Of a stretch of DNA of 64,000 bases, positions 28,878 to 38,191 are shown in pieces. The notes below the pieces were generated by a model. The model ran no database searches. It saw only the letters and a program-made list of their open reading frames with translations, and was not told where the DNA came from. Positions within the stretch are counted from its first letter, which is position 1. Each line of letters opens with the position of its first letter. Source of the stretch: Acidobacteriota bacterium (GTDB lineage Bacteria; Acidobacteriota; CAIWXX01); contig JBFMAF010000013.1 of assembly GCA_040755995.1 (NCBI GenBank), positions 757 to 64,756 of the forward strand, in the 5' to 3' direction. Made by a program: the position numbers and the translations under genes.

Positions 28878-28965
28878 CTGCTCTCTGCTCTCTGCTCTCC
28901 AATCTTCACGCGAGGCGCGGCCGAACCAGCCTCGCATGCTTCATCGGTCCGAGGCCGTGCCTCGG
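28878..28965. repeat. dispersed composite element, full-length copy, directly upstream of the pgsA ATG
   Basis: CTGCTCTCTGCTCTCTGCTCTCC...CGCGAGGCGCGGCCGAACCAGCCTCGC...GGTCCGAGGCCGTGCCTCGG aligns along its length with 1519-1606. Confidence 0.6.
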
Positions 28966-28969
28966 TAGT

Positions 28970-29500
28970 ATGAACCTTCCGAATCTGCTGACGATCTTCC
29001 GGATCTTCCTGGTGCCGCTCCTGGTCGTAGTCATCCTCACCAAGTTCTCCGGCAAGGAAATTCTGGGGATAGTTATCCTCATCGTGGCATCGATCACCGA
29101 CTGGTTGGATGGTTTCATCGCCAGACGGCGAGGACAGGTGACGACTCTCGGTGTCCTTCTCGACCCGATTGCAGACAAGCTTCTGATCTGCTCGGCGTTC
29201 ATCGCCCTGGTGGAAGAGAGGCTGGCTCCGGCGTGGATGGTAGTGATAGTCATCGGCCGCGAGCTGGCTGTGACCGGGTTGCGATCGATCGCGGCGGCCA
29301 AGGGCGTCTCCATCGCGGCATCTGACCTGGGCAAGTTCAAGCTGGTCTCGCAGGTCATTGCCATTTGCCTGTTGCTGGGACGCGGGTTCCTCGGCCAGTT
29401 CGGGGTGCTGGCAGTCGTTGCCCTCTGGGTAGTGGTGGTCGTCGCCGTCATCTCCGGGGCGGAGTACTACGTCAGATTCCGGAAGGTCATCGGCACATAA
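28970..29500 (+). CDS. pgsA: CDP-diacylglycerol--glycerol-3-phosphate 3-phosphatidyltransferase
   Basis: CDP-alcohol phosphatidyltransferase motif DWLDGFIARRRGQVTTLGVLLDPIADK. Four TM segments. 176 aa. Confidence 0.85.
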   Translation: MNLPNLLTIFRIFLVPLLVVVILTKFSGKEILGIVILIVASITDWLDGFIARRRGQVTTLGVLLDPIADKLLICSAFIALVEERLAPAWMVVIVIGRELAVTGLRSIAAAKGVSIAASDLGKFKLVSQVIAICLLLGRGFLGQFGVLAVVALWVVVVVAVISGAEYYVRFRKVIGT

Positions 29501-29525
29501 CGACTCATCGCAGCCGAGGTGGATC

Positions 29526-30077
29526 ATGCTGGCAGAGGCAGAACGCCGGTACCTGTTGGACCTTGCTCGAAAGACTATCGCCGATCGGCTCGGCGTCGCT
29601 GCGGCACCGCCGCCCGCCCGCCCCGAGAACACGGCCGCCCTGCGAACACACAGAGGAGCATTTGTCACCTTGCACGCACGCGGCCGGCTGCGCGGCTGCA
29701 TCGGGTATATCCAGGCCGATCGCCCCATCGAGGACGTCGTGGTCGACGCAGCCGCGGCTGCCGCGTTCTCGGACTTCAGGTTCGCTCCGGTCGCGAACGC
29801 GGAGCTTGCCGGGCTGTCCATCGAGATTTCAGTTCTGACTCGTCCGGTGCGCACAGGCGCGCCCGAAGAGGTGCAGGTGGGCAGGCACGGCATCATCATT
29901 TCGCGCGGACACAGTCGCGGGCTGCTGCTTCCGCAGGTTGCGACCGAGCACTCGTGGGACCGGGCCACGTTTCTGTCCCAGGGTTGCCTCAAGGCCGGCC
30001 TGCCGCCGGACGCGTGGCAGAAGGGGGCGACGATAGAGGTGTTCGAGGCGGAGGTGTTCGGCGAAGCGAACGCGTAG
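29526..30077 (+). CDS. AMMECR1 domain protein
   Basis: GAFVTLHARGRLRGCIGYI and HGIIISRGHSRGLLLPQVA are conserved AMMECR1 motifs. Confidence 0.8.
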   Translation: MLAEAERRYLLDLARKTIADRLGVAAAPPPARPENTAALRTHRGAFVTLHARGRLRGCIGYIQADRPIEDVVVDAAAAAAFSDFRFAPVANAELAGLSIEISVLTRPVRTGAPEEVQVGRHGIIISRGHSRGLLLPQVATEHSWDRATFLSQGCLKAGLPPDAWQKGATIEVFEAEVFGEANA

Positions 30078-30227
30078 CGAGGCAGCGCTTCAGGCCCGCG
30101 ACGCGTCTCGCGGTTGAAGCGGCGTAGCCTCGTGTCGAGAGTGGGGAATGGAAGAGGCGGGGCCGCCCCTGAGGCGGCCGCGCCTTGCAGATCGGCGCGG
30201 CCAGGGCTGCCTTCGGGACGGCGAAGC

Positions 30228-31409
30228 CTACTGCTGCAACTCCACCTTGTCGCCCACCGCGACCTCTTCGGTGGAACCGGAGATGCGGGCGGTCGATGTC
30301 TTCTCCTGGGTAAGCACAACGACCAGGTTTCCTAAGACCCAGCGAGGCAGTCCGCTGACGTCGCCGCCCATTTCCATGGCACCTTTCATGGACGCTCTCA
30401 TGGTCTCGTGGCGGGCGATCTTGTCTCGGTAGATCGTGAAGACGTCGCCTGGGGCCACCCCATCCCGGCTGCCTAGGTCTATGGCGACGTCGTGACCGTC
30501 GGACAGACCGATGACGTCGTCCTGGGCATAGACGATGCAGCCGACGCTGCGGCCCGTGGGCGGATCACACTGCGCGGTCTTGCGCAGGGTTCCGATCGGG
30601 GCCGGGACTTCCTCCCAAGGCCTCAGCACCGTATCGAGCTCCATGGGGAAGCAGCAGTGCGCGATCACGCCCATGCTGGTCTTCTCGTATGCACAGTCGA
30701 TGCGGACGCGGCCAAGCATCTTGAAGAGGGTGCCCAGTGAGGCATGGGTCTCCGGGTGGACGACGGTCCCGGCTTCCATGACGGCCATGAACTCATCTCC
30801 GTTCTTGATGCCATCGGCCACGCCTTTGTTTATGAACACGACGTCGTCTTGGTCGAAGTTCAGCTTGGAGTCCTGATTCTGGGCTGCGACGATCCGGGTG
30901 GAATCGTCTACTCCTTCTGCAACATAGAAAGAGCAATACAGGTCTGCGTCGTCGGCCAGCGGTCGAGTCGCCTCGGCAATCGAGCTCACTGTGGGTGGCT
31001 GCTCTCCCGCCGGGGCTGCTGGCGCAGGAGGCGGTGCGGATGCCGGCGCCGGCTCGGCGGGCGGGGTTTCGCTGACTGGCGCGGGTGGAACCGTCACGGC
31101 CTCTGCGGCGGGCAACGTCTGCGGCTGGGCTTCGGCCGCGGGGGGCGCAGCGGCCTCGCCTTCCTTGGGCGGGATGATCAACTCCTCGCCCGGCGTCAAA
31201 GCCTGCGCATTGGTCACTTTGTCCTTGTTCGCATCCCAGATCTTCGGCCAGAGCTTTCCGTCGCCGTAATACTTTTCGGCTATGATCCACAGCGTCTCGC
31301 CCTCCACCACCTTATGCATCGTCGGCTCGGTGGCGGCGGGAGTGGCGGGCGTCTCCTGCGCAAACGCCAGCGGGAGAAAGGCGAGGACAAGACCGATCAT
31401 CATCGTCAT
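30228..31409 (-). CDS. secreted LysM-domain protein with a Pro/Ala-rich linker and a C-terminal domain of unknown function
   Basis: ATG at 31409 gives the signal peptide MTMMIGLVLAFLPLAFA. LysM: HKVVEGETLWIIAEKYYGDGKLWPKIWDANKD. The ORF-track start at 32261 is over-extended across the upstream gene. Confidence 0.65.
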   Translation of the reverse strand: MTMMIGLVLAFLPLAFAQETPATPAATEPTMHKVVEGETLWIIAEKYYGDGKLWPKIWDANKDKVTNAQALTPGEELIIPPKEGEAAAPPAAEAQPQTLPAAEAVTVPPAPVSETPPAEPAPASAPPPAPAAPAGEQPPTVSSIAEATRPLADDADLYCSFYVAEGVDDSTRIVAAQNQDSKLNFDQDDVVFINKGVADGIKNGDEFMAVMEAGTVVHPETHASLGTLFKMLGRVRIDCAYEKTSMGVIAHCCFPMELDTVLRPWEEVPAPIGTLRKTAQCDPPTGRSVGCIVYAQDDVIGLSDGHDVAIDLGSRDGVAPGDVFTIYRDKIARHETMRASMKGAMEMGGDVSGLPRWVLGNLVVVLTQEKTSTARISGSTEEVAVGDKVELQQ

Positions 31410-31474
31410 GAATCGTGCTGCCACAAAGACCTCCTTGACACCCCGTGTCACGGGACTGTGCCGGTTCCTGTGTG

Positions 31475-32302
31475 TCATGGTTCCTCCATCCTGGCCAACT
31501 CTTCTCTGGCCATTTGGGCGGCATCCGAGTCGGGGAAGGACTCGATGACCTTCCGGAAGGATTCGGCCGCCTTGACTTCGTCCTTGAGTTGCAAATAAGC
31601 GATTCCGGACTTCAGGTATCCATCGGGCACCTTGTTGCCGGCCGGATATCGAACGAATATCCTGCGGAACGCCTCGATCGCCGCCTTCGGTTGCCTCAGC
31701 TGCAGGTAGCTTTCCCCCATCCAGTACAGCGCGTTGTCTGCATACTGGCTCGCAGGATACGTCTCGAGAAACTCCTGGAATCGGGAGATCGCGTCCACGT
31801 ACGCACCTTGCTCGAAGAGCGCCCGTGCGTTGTCGTATGCAGTCTTGGTGCGAGTGATCCGGCCAGGGGTCTCCTGTGACACGGCGGTATCGGGTATCAC
31901 TCGGTGCTCCACGGCGGGGGATTTCTGCGCGGGAGGCGCGGGGGCGACCGTCGTCGTCGATGTGAGCGCTGAGCTCTGGGCGGGGCGTGTGCTCTGAGAG
32001 TCGGCCGGCTGAGAACGCGGCGCGGTCTGCGAGACGGCCGTCGTGCTCGTCGATTTCGCCGGCACGGTCTGGCTGTACATCTCTTTCTTCAGCGCCTCCA
32101 GCTTCGCCCTGCTCTCTTCGTACTCCCTCTGCATCCTCTCGATCTCGCTTCGAAGCTGGCTGACCTGTTGCTGGAGCTCGGGTGTTTTCTTGTTCCCGCA
32201 CGACGTGGTTGAGGTCAGCGTCAGAACGCAAGCAGCCACTGCCGCACTCCTGGTCAAGCAACGCGATCGATGTACAAAGGAAAACCCTGGACTTACTCTC
32301 AA
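31475..32302 (-). CDS. lipoprotein with coiled coil and C-terminal TPR repeats, CpoB/YbgF-like
   Basis: Lipobox (TSC), coiled-coil segment QQQVSQLRSEIERMQREYEESRAKLEALKKE, TPR-like repeats (YDNARALFEQGAYVDAISRFQEFLETYP..., ALYWMGESYLQL). The start is uncertain. Confidence 0.5.
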   Translation of the reverse strand: MRVSPGFSFVHRSRCLTRSAAVAACVLTLTSTTSCGNKKTPELQQQVSQLRSEIERMQREYEESRAKLEALKKEMYSQTVPAKSTSTTAVSQTAPRSQPADSQSTRPAQSSALTSTTTVAPAPPAQKSPAVEHRVIPDTAVSQETPGRITRTKTAYDNARALFEQGAYVDAISRFQEFLETYPASQYADNALYWMGESYLQLRQPKAAIEAFRRIFVRYPAGNKVPDGYLKSGIAYLQLKDEVKAAESFRKVIESFPDSDAAQMAREELARMEEP

Positions 32303-32440
32303 GGCCGCCTCGATTCTACAGAATTTGCGACAATTGTCAACAAAAATCAGAACTCAACAACGCAACGGCGATGCCGCTGGACCTGGACCAGCCGATCGTT
32401 GACACCCGCCGCGCCGGTCATTACACTGTCGATTGGTCGA

Positions 32441-34402
32441 ATGCGAGTCGCAGTAGTCGCTGTCGCTTCTATCCTGCTCGTCCCACTCTGTTCCGCTGCG
32501 ACAGAGAACCTCGTGCAGAATGGGGGATTCGAGCAACTGGACGCATCCGGGTGGGCCGTGGGGTGGCGTCGCGGAGTCGGATCAAGGATAGACACCCGAG
32601 GCTACGACGGCAGGTACTGCCTGCGTCTGGACGGATGCGCGACGGCTGCGGGCTGCACGCAGGGCGTGCGGCTGAAGCCGGGGAAGAGATACGACATCCG
32701 ATTCGTAATGCGCACTCGAAGCGTCCGCGACGGATCGTTCGTCCGTGCCTCGGCCTCGGTGGCACTCGGCTTCATCGGCCCGTCCGGCGGCGAGATCGGC
32801 CGGTTCGGGCCGGAGGCGCTGTCGGGCACCACCGACTGGACGCCGATCCGCATCATCAGTCCAGCGGTTCCGGCTGACTTGAAGGCGGCTTCACTGGAGG
32901 TCCGGTTCACGACCGCAGCCACGAGCGGTACGGCGTGGTTCGACAACCTGTCGGTGAACGAATACACACCGGATCCGCTGGAGACATTTCTGCTGTACCC
33001 GAACTACCGAGGGCTGCTGGGTGAGAGAACGTGGGAACCGACTGGAATCGGGATGCAATGCGAGGTGCACACACCCGGCATCCCGCTCTCCGAGCTCTCG
33101 GTCCTGGCACAGATCCGCGATTCGCAAGGGAACGTGCTCTGGAACGACGGCCCCGCCGGCGCCCCGGCCCGCTCTTTTACGAGAAGCTTCGACCTGCGGT
33201 GGATCCTCCGCGGCCACTACGATTTCCTTGCGGCGCTCATGGGCAAGAGCGGCCGGACACTGCACGTATCGAGCTTCCCTGTCGAGGTCTCCCACGTCGT
33301 CGACCTGTTCGCCCGCCCCGTGTTCGTCCGCGCCGACAACACCGTGCTCGTCGCAGGGAAGGCTTTCTTTCCTCTCGGCGTGGAGGACAGCGTCGACCCG
33401 GATGACCAGGCCCTCGTCGAGAGGCGCGCGCGGCTGCTCGACGGCAGTCCGTTCAATCTCATGTACAACAACGAGATGCTGGTGGGCCACCCCGAGCAGG
33501 TCACGGCGACGTTGAGAAAGTTCGCCGATCGAGGAGTGATGACCGCCATCCCGGTGGGCAGGTATCCAGGCGTGCGCGGCGACTCCCCCGGCGACATCCT
33601 CGAACACTTCAGAGGAAACAGCCCGGAGGCCAGGATATCAGACTGCGTGCAATCGCTCCGAAACGAGACGGGTCTGCTGTGCTGGGTCCTGGGCGAGGAC
33701 TTCGCTCCACAATTCGAGCCGTTCGTGGAGGCGCGGTACGCACGCCTCATGCGCCTCGACCCCGGGCACCCAACGTGTCTTTTCCAGCCCGGAGAGGATG
33801 TCGAGCAGGTCACGAAGTTCGGCCGGGCGACCGATGTCTTCGGCGCAGTCGCCGGCCCGCGCAGCACATCGTCTGTCGCCCGCGTCGGTGTGTCGACAGA
33901 TGCGGTCAAGTCGGCTCTCCACGGCTGCCGGCCGGTCTGGGTCAGCATCCGCCCGTACCAGGAGGAGCCGGACTATCGACCCACCAGAACCGAGCTGCGC
34001 GCCATGACCTACCTGGCGCTCGCGCGGGGAGCGCGCGGGATACTGTACGGATCGCTGCCCGCCCTCTTGCGCGGCGGATCGGGTGGCGAGCAGTGGAGAG
34101 TGCTGGCGAGTGTCGCCGCCGAGGTCCGCGCGCTCGAAGGGCTCCTGCTCAACGGAGGCCGAGTCCCGACGCCGCCGATCACACCGGCGTTCCTCGCAGG
34201 CGACTCGCGGGCACTGATTCTCGCCGATCGCAAGGTGCTCATCGTGGTGAACAGTCGTAGCAGAGCCTGCGATGCCACACTCCTGCTCCCAACCTCGGCT
34301 CGCGAGGTCGCGGTGCTTTTCGAGGATCGCATCCTGCCTGTCTCAAATCAGAGCGTCCATGATCGTTTCGAACCGTTGGAGACGCATGTGTATGAGTACT
34401 GA
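32441..34402 (+). CDS. secreted protein with N-terminal CBM4/9-like carbohydrate-binding module, putative glycoside hydrolase
   Basis: ATG at 32441. Signal peptide. NLVQNGGFEQLDASGWAVGW...AWFDNLSVNEY is the typical CBM_4_9 beginning and end. The C-terminal roughly 450 aa has no named family that I can assign. Confidence 0.5.
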   Translation: MRVAVVAVASILLVPLCSAATENLVQNGGFEQLDASGWAVGWRRGVGSRIDTRGYDGRYCLRLDGCATAAGCTQGVRLKPGKRYDIRFVMRTRSVRDGSFVRASASVALGFIGPSGGEIGRFGPEALSGTTDWTPIRIISPAVPADLKAASLEVRFTTAATSGTAWFDNLSVNEYTPDPLETFLLYPNYRGLLGERTWEPTGIGMQCEVHTPGIPLSELSVLAQIRDSQGNVLWNDGPAGAPARSFTRSFDLRWILRGHYDFLAALMGKSGRTLHVSSFPVEVSHVVDLFARPVFVRADNTVLVAGKAFFPLGVEDSVDPDDQALVERRARLLDGSPFNLMYNNEMLVGHPEQVTATLRKFADRGVMTAIPVGRYPGVRGDSPGDILEHFRGNSPEARISDCVQSLRNETGLLCWVLGEDFAPQFEPFVEARYARLMRLDPGHPTCLFQPGEDVEQVTKFGRATDVFGAVAGPRSTSSVARVGVSTDAVKSALHGCRPVWVSIRPYQEEPDYRPTRTELRAMTYLALARGARGILYGSLPALLRGGSGGEQWRVLASVAAEVRALEGLLLNGGRVPTPPITPAFLAGDSRALILADRKVLIVVNSRSRACDATLLLPTSAREVAVLFEDRILPVSNQSVHDRFEPLETHVYEY

Positions 34403-34476
34403 GAGGCCGGAGCGCGGAGACAGTTCCGCGTTCCAGAAATCGATAGCGTACCGTCATAGCAGGGCCGGAGCCTTGC

Positions 34477-35166
34477 ATGGAGGCTGAGATGAGATTCCCA
34501 CTGGCGATTGTCGTTGTTCTCGCAGCGGCCTGGCCGCTTTCCTGCATGGACCTGGACGCAGCCTTCTCTCTGGGCGTGACCGTCGGCTGGGCCGAGTTCT
34601 CGGCATTGCACTCGCCGTCTACGAATGCGGCCGCCGAAAGCCTCGGCATGGCGACGAGTTATGCCAAGGGCTGCGGATTGGACTCCGCCCCTCTCGACGA
34701 GATTCTCTCCAAGCTGGCGGGTGGAACAAAGCCGGACGCGGTATATAAGGATATCGGAGCAGCGCGGGATCTCTACCTTGCCACGACGGGCCAGTACAAG
34801 GCCGTGTGTGGAGAGGGGATGCGCAATCTGAGGAGTGTGATCTCGATGGGCTACCAGCTCGGCTTCGCCGAGGTCGCTTCAGCTGCGAATTGGAAGAATT
34901 CGAAATTCCTGATCCAGACGCTGTCGTGGGCGAAGGAAACCGCGGAAACGCTTCCCTGCGGTTTCGACACGGAGTCGCTCCAGTCCCTCATCGACCGTCT
35001 TACGGCGGGCGCTGCGGCTACCGAGATCGGAGCGGATCTGAAAACCGTGCGGCAGCAGTTTGCCGATGCGTGCAAGAGCGGCACAGTGACCGGCGGGCCC
35101 AAGCCGCCGGAACCGGTCGAGCCTCAGACGCAGCCGCAGACGCAGGAGGCAGCGGAAGTAGAGTAG
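34477..35166 (+). CDS. secreted hypothetical protein
   Basis: Signal peptide. No recognisable domain. The stop TAG lies inside a GTAGAGTAGAGAG repeat. Confidence 0.4.
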   Translation: MEAEMRFPLAIVVVLAAAWPLSCMDLDAAFSLGVTVGWAEFSALHSPSTNAAAESLGMATSYAKGCGLDSAPLDEILSKLAGGTKPDAVYKDIGAARDLYLATTGQYKAVCGEGMRNLRSVISMGYQLGFAEVASAANWKNSKFLIQTLSWAKETAETLPCGFDTESLQSLIDRLTAGAAATEIGADLKTVRQQFADACKSGTVTGGPKPPEPVEPQTQPQTQEAAEVE

Positions 35167-35202
35167 AGAGCAGAGCGCCAACTGCGCAAACCGCTGAGGG
35201 CC

Positions 35203-35316
35203 CTGGCCCGCGCTAAGGCCGCAGGTGCAGGGCGCCGAGGAGCGAGGAGCGCAGCGTACGCCCTGGTACGTGAGCACTGCAGCGACGAAGGCAACGCAGC
35301 AGATGCGGCCTTAGCG
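35203..35316. repeat. long-range inverted repeat (CCCGCGCTAAGGCCGCAG ... CTGCGGCCTTAGCGCGGG) between convergent genes
   Basis: 18-bp near-perfect arms separated by about 75 bp, read directly from the sequence. Confidence 0.6.
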
Positions 35317-35347
35317 CGGGATCAGGGGGAGAGTGGGCTCGTCCCGC

Positions 35348-35689
35348 CTACTCTTCGACGCTCTTATCCTCGTGCTCTTTGTACATGTACTTGATGTTGT
35401 GCTTGAGCACGAGCAGATTCGGTTCGCTCATCCTGTTGATCTTCAGGCAGGTCTTGTCGTACCACTCGATGACTCCGCGCAGGATCTCACCGTCGCTCAG
35501 GACCACCACCATCGGGGTCTTGCTGTTCATCTGCTTCAGGTAATAGAAGCTTTCGGCGTGCGTCTGCTCGGGCGGCATAGGCTTCTTGTGGACCGGGCGC
35601 ACGGAGAGCTGGTCCTTGTATTCCGACAGGCTGGGCCTGATGAGTTTCCTGTTGATGAAGTCATTCTTCGGCGGCAGCATCTTGGGCAT
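35348..35689 (-). CDS. divergent Hfq-like (Sm-fold) RNA-binding protein
   Basis: ESFYYLKQMNSKTPMVVVLSDGEILRGVIEWYDKTCLKI...NLLVLKHNIKYMY parallels the Hfq Sm1/Sm2 layout ([38 protein letters not shown]...VYKHAISTVVP), with a roughly 45-aa N-terminal extension. Confidence 0.5.
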   Translation of the reverse strand: MPKMLPPKNDFINRKLIRPSLSEYKDQLSVRPVHKKPMPPEQTHAESFYYLKQMNSKTPMVVVLSDGEILRGVIEWYDKTCLKINRMSEPNLLVLKHNIKYMYKEHEDKSVEE

Positions 35690-35920
35690 TTCAGTTCACC
35701 TCGTCGAGCCGGAGGAGCAACACGCTGCGACCGATACGCACGCGTGATTCCCTGATCTTGAACGTTTCCGGCGTTGGACCAACTATACTCTAGCGCTTTT
35801 CTCAAATCAAGAGGCAATTTTGTCCAGCAACCGCGTGCCGTGCCCCCTCGGAATCGCATGCAACAGGCATCCGTGGTCGAAGGACGCGACGAGGCCGGCC
35901 GCACACCGATGGGGTTGCGG

Positions 35921-36610
35921 CTAGGACGCCCGCGGTGCCGAGTTGTTCCCCCTTGCCGGGGCGCCGTTTCCTTCGTACTCGTAGCGGAGGCAGCACTTGA
36001 GCCTGCCGCAGAGGCCGGTCAGGTTGCATGGATTGCAGCCCAGGTTCTGGTGCTTGGCCATCGAGAGCGTGACCGGCTCGAAGTTGCGCAGGAAAGCGCC
36101 GCAGCAGAGCTCCCTTCCGCACGTTCCGTAGCCGTCGATCATTCGAGCTTCATCGCGGACTCCTATCTGCCGCATTTCTATTTTCATCCGCAGCTCGCGC
36201 GCCAGGTCCTTCACCAGCTCCCGGAAATCGATCCTGCCCTCGGCCGTGTAATAGAACACAGCCTTGGTGCCGTCGAAGAGGTAGTGTATGCGTACCAGCT
36301 TGAGTGGAATCACGCGCTCGCGCACGCGACCCTGACAGAACTCCCAGGCCCGCGCCTCGCTCTCACGATTCCGCTGATACGTGCGCCGGTCATCCTCCGT
36401 GGCCCTGCGAATCAGGCGCCAGATGTGGTTCTTGTGTTCGCAGTGGCTCAGTTGGCAGGCGGATCGCGCCACGACCTGTCCCATCGCGAGGCCGTAGGAA
36501 GCCTGCACGACGCACAGCTCGTCGGGCACCAGGCTGACGGCCTCGGCGCGACAGCTCCCGAACTCGTGCGTATCCAGTATTATCACACCCACGATGGGGT
36601 GTCGATCCAT
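35921..36610 (-). CDS. PSP1 C-terminal domain protein (YaaT/RicT-like)
   Basis: Cys-rich PSP1 signature (CGRELCCGAFL, CNPCNLTGLCGRLKCCLRYE). Canonical position downstream of holB. Confidence 0.75.
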   Translation of the reverse strand: MDRHPIVGVIILDTHEFGSCRAEAVSLVPDELCVVQASYGLAMGQVVARSACQLSHCEHKNHIWRLIRRATEDDRRTYQRNRESEARAWEFCQGRVRERVIPLKLVRIHYLFDGTKAVFYYTAEGRIDFRELVKDLARELRMKIEMRQIGVRDEARMIDGYGTCGRELCCGAFLRNFEPVTLSMAKHQNLGCNPCNLTGLCGRLKCCLRYEYEGNGAPARGNNSAPRAS

Positions 36611-37569
36611 TTCTCCGTCCATCTCTTCAAAGGTCCCTCATGTATGCCGATCAATGTCTCTTCCAGAGTCATCTCCGGGTTCACGTTGCCCTCGACCAGG
36701 GCCCGCGCCTGCATCAGGCGTACAAGTACATTGTAGCATTCCTGAAAGGTCGACAGGCCGCGAACCGGGCGTTTTGCGACCATCGCATCCCGGACGATGT
36801 CGGTCAGCCGCTCGATTTTCAGTCTCAGGTCGGGGATGTCTATCTTGGTCTTGCTCTCCCGCTTCACCAGCATGGAGACCAGTTCGCCCGGTGTCCTCAG
36901 TCCGTCGGCCAGCGCGGACTCGAGCCATGCAACGAGATCCTGCTGGCGGTCCATCTCTGCCGTCTCCATGGCCAACGCCCGTCCGATCGAGCCCTGGCCG
37001 ATCGTTCCTCGTCTCTCGGCATCCTCCGGGGTCAGCCCGAACACCTCACTCAGCGCACGGACGATCTCCGGAGCCGGCAGCGGCCGGAAATAGAAAAGCC
37101 CGCACCGGGAACGGATCGTCGGCAGCACGTCCGGCAGGTTCGTAGTGAGCAGCACGAAGTGGGTGAAGAGCGGGGGCTCTTCGAGCGTTTTCAAGAGCCT
37201 GCTTGCGGTCTGGTCGCGAATGCTCTCCGCTTGGTCCAGGATGTACACCCGCTTGTCACCCTCGTAAGGCCTGAGCATCGACTGGGCCACCAGCGGTTCG
37301 ATCTGGTCGACTTTGATGAACTGGCCGTCGGGCTGGATGAACCGGACATCCGGGTGCGAGTCCCTCAGCACCTTCACGCACGACTCGCATTCGCACGGGT
37401 TGGCGCCCGTGCGACAGTTCAGCGTCCTGGCCAGCTCCAGCGCCGTCGTTCGCTTGCCGACGCCGTCTTCTCCGTAGAAAATCATCCCGCTGGGAAGCCG
37501 ATCGGTGGCGATGGCCGTGCGAAGCCGGTCCACGACCCGTCCCTGCCCGACAATATTCTCAAACGCCAT
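36583..37569 (-). CDS. holB: DNA polymerase III subunit delta-prime
   Basis: ATG at 37569 (MAFENIVGQ). AAA+ clamp-loader motifs (GEDGVGKRTTAL, zinc module CRTGANPCECESC, SRC motif TIRSRC). Overlaps tmk at the start and yaaT at the end. Confidence 0.8.
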   Translation of the reverse strand: MAFENIVGQGRVVDRLRTAIATDRLPSGMIFYGEDGVGKRTTALELARTLNCRTGANPCECESCVKVLRDSHPDVRFIQPDGQFIKVDQIEPLVAQSMLRPYEGDKRVYILDQAESIRDQTASRLLKTLEEPPLFTHFVLLTTNLPDVLPTIRSRCGLFYFRPLPAPEIVRALSEVFGLTPEDAERRGTIGQGSIGRALAMETAEMDRQQDLVAWLESALADGLRTPGELVSMLVKRESKTKIDIPDLRLKIERLTDIVRDAMVAKRPVRGLSTFQECYNVLVRLMQARALVEGNVNPEMTLEETLIGIHEGPLKRWTEKWIDTPSWV

Positions 37570-38191
37570 GTTTGACCAGTTCGGCGCGGACCGCTGTGAA
37601 CACGTCTTCGGGACTCCGCGATGCATCCAGCACGCGGATCCGATTCGGGTGACGGGCGGCCAGTTGCAGGTAGCCCTCTCGCACCCGCCGTGAGAAATCC
37701 GATCCTTCGCCCTCGATCCGATCGCGCACGGCGCCGGCATGCCGGGCAGCCGCGCGCGCCAGCCCGACCTCGGGGGCGACGTCAAGCACGAAGGTCAGAT
37801 CGGGCTCCAGGCCTCCACTCGCGTATCTCTGGATCTGGTCCAGTACAATTCGATCCACCCCACGCGCGTAGCCCTGGTAGGCCATTGTGGCATCGTAGTA
37901 CCGATCGGAGACGACCATGGCACCCTGCTCCAGCGCCGGTCGTATCGCCTCCCACACCAGCTGCGCCCGCGATGCGAAGTAAAGCAGCACCTCCGTCTGC
38001 ACTCGCATCGATTGGTGAGCGGGATCGAGCAGGATCGACCGGATCCCATCGCCGACAGCCGTTCCACCCGGATCCTTCACTACGACGATCGGGCGCGAGC
38101 TCGATCGGGCCCGCAGCCAATCCGCCAACCTACCGACCTGAGTCGACTTGCCGCTCCCGTCGATCCCCTCGAACGTGATGAAGTTCAACAT
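37559..38191 (-). CDS. tmk: thymidylate kinase
   Basis: MLNFITFEGIDGSGKSTQ P-loop, DRY motif (VVSDRYYDATMAYQG), lid region. Confidence 0.9.
   Translation of the reverse strand: MLNFITFEGIDGSGKSTQVGRLADWLRARSSSRPIVVVKDPGGTAVGDGIRSILLDPAHQSMRVQTEVLLYFASRAQLVWEAIRPALEQGAMVVSDRYYDATMAYQGYARGVDRIVLDQIQRYASGGLEPDLTFVLDVAPEVGLARAAARHAGAVRDRIEGEGSDFSRRVREGYLQLAARHPNRIRVLDASRSPEDVFTAVRAELVKHGV

Noticed and set aside
28672-28968. 98-aa plus ORF upstream of pgsA
   Set aside because: It reads through the dispersed composite element copy (28878-28965) and ends at the pgsA start. This is most likely an untranslated leader containing the repeat.
28559-30319. 586-aa minus-strand ORF spanning pgsA and the AMMECR1 gene
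   Set aside because: The opposite strand encodes two proteins with clear conserved motifs (DWLDGFIARRRG...DPIADK; AMMECR1 GCIGYI). The long antisense frame is Pro/Arg/Ala-rich GC-driven noise.
36640-37575. 311-aa plus-strand ORF antisense to holB, and similar antisense ORFs at 6640-7701, 9800-10789, 52161-53855 and 57858-59678
   Set aside because: These are high-GC stop-poor frames opposite genes with clear homology. They were not annotated.
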